The position numbers and the translations under genes are program-made. Below, one piece after another: positions 62,848 through 64,000 of a stretch of DNA of 64,000 bases. Position 1 is the first letter of the stretch; each line of letters begins with the position of its first letter. Location of the stretch: positions 166,757 through 230,756 of the forward strand of contig NIVC01001758.1 of the NCBI GenBank assembly GCA_002269645.1, given 5' to 3'. Source of the DNA: Macrostomum lignano (Eukaryota). The notes beneath the pieces are model-generated. The model was not told where the DNA came from. It ran no database searches and saw only the letters and a list, made by a program, of their open reading frames with translations.

Positions 62848-64000
62848 GCTGCTTAATTTTCGTCTAGGTTAATGTTGCTCCTATTGCCACACCAAGTGGT
62901 TGCATGAAGTGGATATTTGTGAAATAATTTTTTTGTCTTTTTAATATTTTATTACCAATTTTAAAGTTTAAAAAAGATCATGGGCTGCTGAAAAAAAGGT
63001 TTATTAATGATCCAAATGATAATACAAACATGAAGAGTAAACAATGAATTTTGATTTTCAGCTATTTAAACGCAGTATCTTATTTTTTATTTCGAAGAAA
63101 ATCAGTTGAGTCGTTTTTTTCTGAAACTGATCACATAGATAGATGTATAAATACCTACTGACAAAACATTTTTAGTATATGGATTTAGTATATAGGATAT
63201 CAGATATTAACTACAGTATCTTATCTTTTCTTAAAAACGTTTTTTCATAGAAAATTCATGTATTCAATGTCAAAATGCATTCAGTTCAGTTAATTCATGA
63301 ATAATGATTTAAGAATCATGAAATATTGATAAGAAAGAAAACTTTCGCTTAAAATTATAGTGGATTTTCTATTTTTAAATGAGCAGATACGCAGAATTGT
63401 TTTCAAGATTTTTTAAATGTAAATTGTCCTCAATAACTTAATGCAGCTACAAAATAAATGTGTCTGTTCATATTAATAAACTAAACAAAAAGAGTCTAGT
63501 TCTCACTGTTTCGTGCGATAAAGTTTCTCCGCGTAACTTACACAAAAATAATTAATCTGAATGTGAAAGGTAAAGTAACCATTTCGCTATCACTGCAAGT
63601 CTACAACTTATGATGTGTCAAGCTCTCTCTCAATTAGCATTTAATTTAAGGGTCTCTAAAATTTATTGGATTGAGCACAACTAGATTGTAAGTAACGTTT
63701 AGCTTAGCCTGGCAAATATTTTATTTCCTATTCATATAACAATTAGTGTCGCTTCTGGTTTCTTTGAGAGAAAGCTAGAAGTAGAATAACAATTGTGTAC
63801 TTCAAAATAATTAATTCAGCAATTCAAACGAAGTTCAAAATGAGAGTGTTGCACTTACACACCGATGTAAAGTCTTAAATAATAAGTAAGCTGACACTTT
63901 GCAATAATCTGTATATTTTAAGAACTTTTTGCCAATAGTTACTATTATTACGCGTTTTTGACAAAAAAGTTAGTTAATTTTTTTGTTTTAACTCCTTTAT

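Noticed and set aside
1-64000. Spliced-leader RNA, snRNA or rRNA genes
   Set aside because: No recognisable match by eye; a covariance-model scan would be needed to exclude them.

Overview
Eukaryotic (metazoan) genomic window, with GT-AG introns and no operon or CRISPR structure. The density of intronic minisatellites and the gene style suggest a free-living flatworm such as Macrostomum; this is an inference only. Five protein-coding genes were reconstructed by hand with phase-consistent splice sites: ARPC1 (minus, runs off the left edge), a CNOT6/CCR4-type deadenylase that appears to lack the LRR domain (plus), DNAJC12 (minus), SIRT1 (plus, head-to-head with DNAJC12) and a ~4,000-aa axonemal dynein heavy chain DNAH7 (minus, 14 exons, apparent frameshift in exon 1). 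The window also holds an initiator tRNA-Met gene, a Merlin element and a MULE element with TIRs and TSDs, several MITEs and SINE-like inserts, a decayed multi-exon gene, a partial exon duplication and about 16 tandem arrays including a 4.4-kb 45-bp satellite. The most striking unexplained signal is two sharply bounded domains (~3.3-13.95 kb and ~32.7-36.8 kb). In both, CG and also CAG/CTG sites have decayed by C>T/G>A transitions. Both lie at the 5' end of a housekeeping gene and both begin with a cluster of TAGGCCTA palindromes, while the rest of the window stays CpG-rich.
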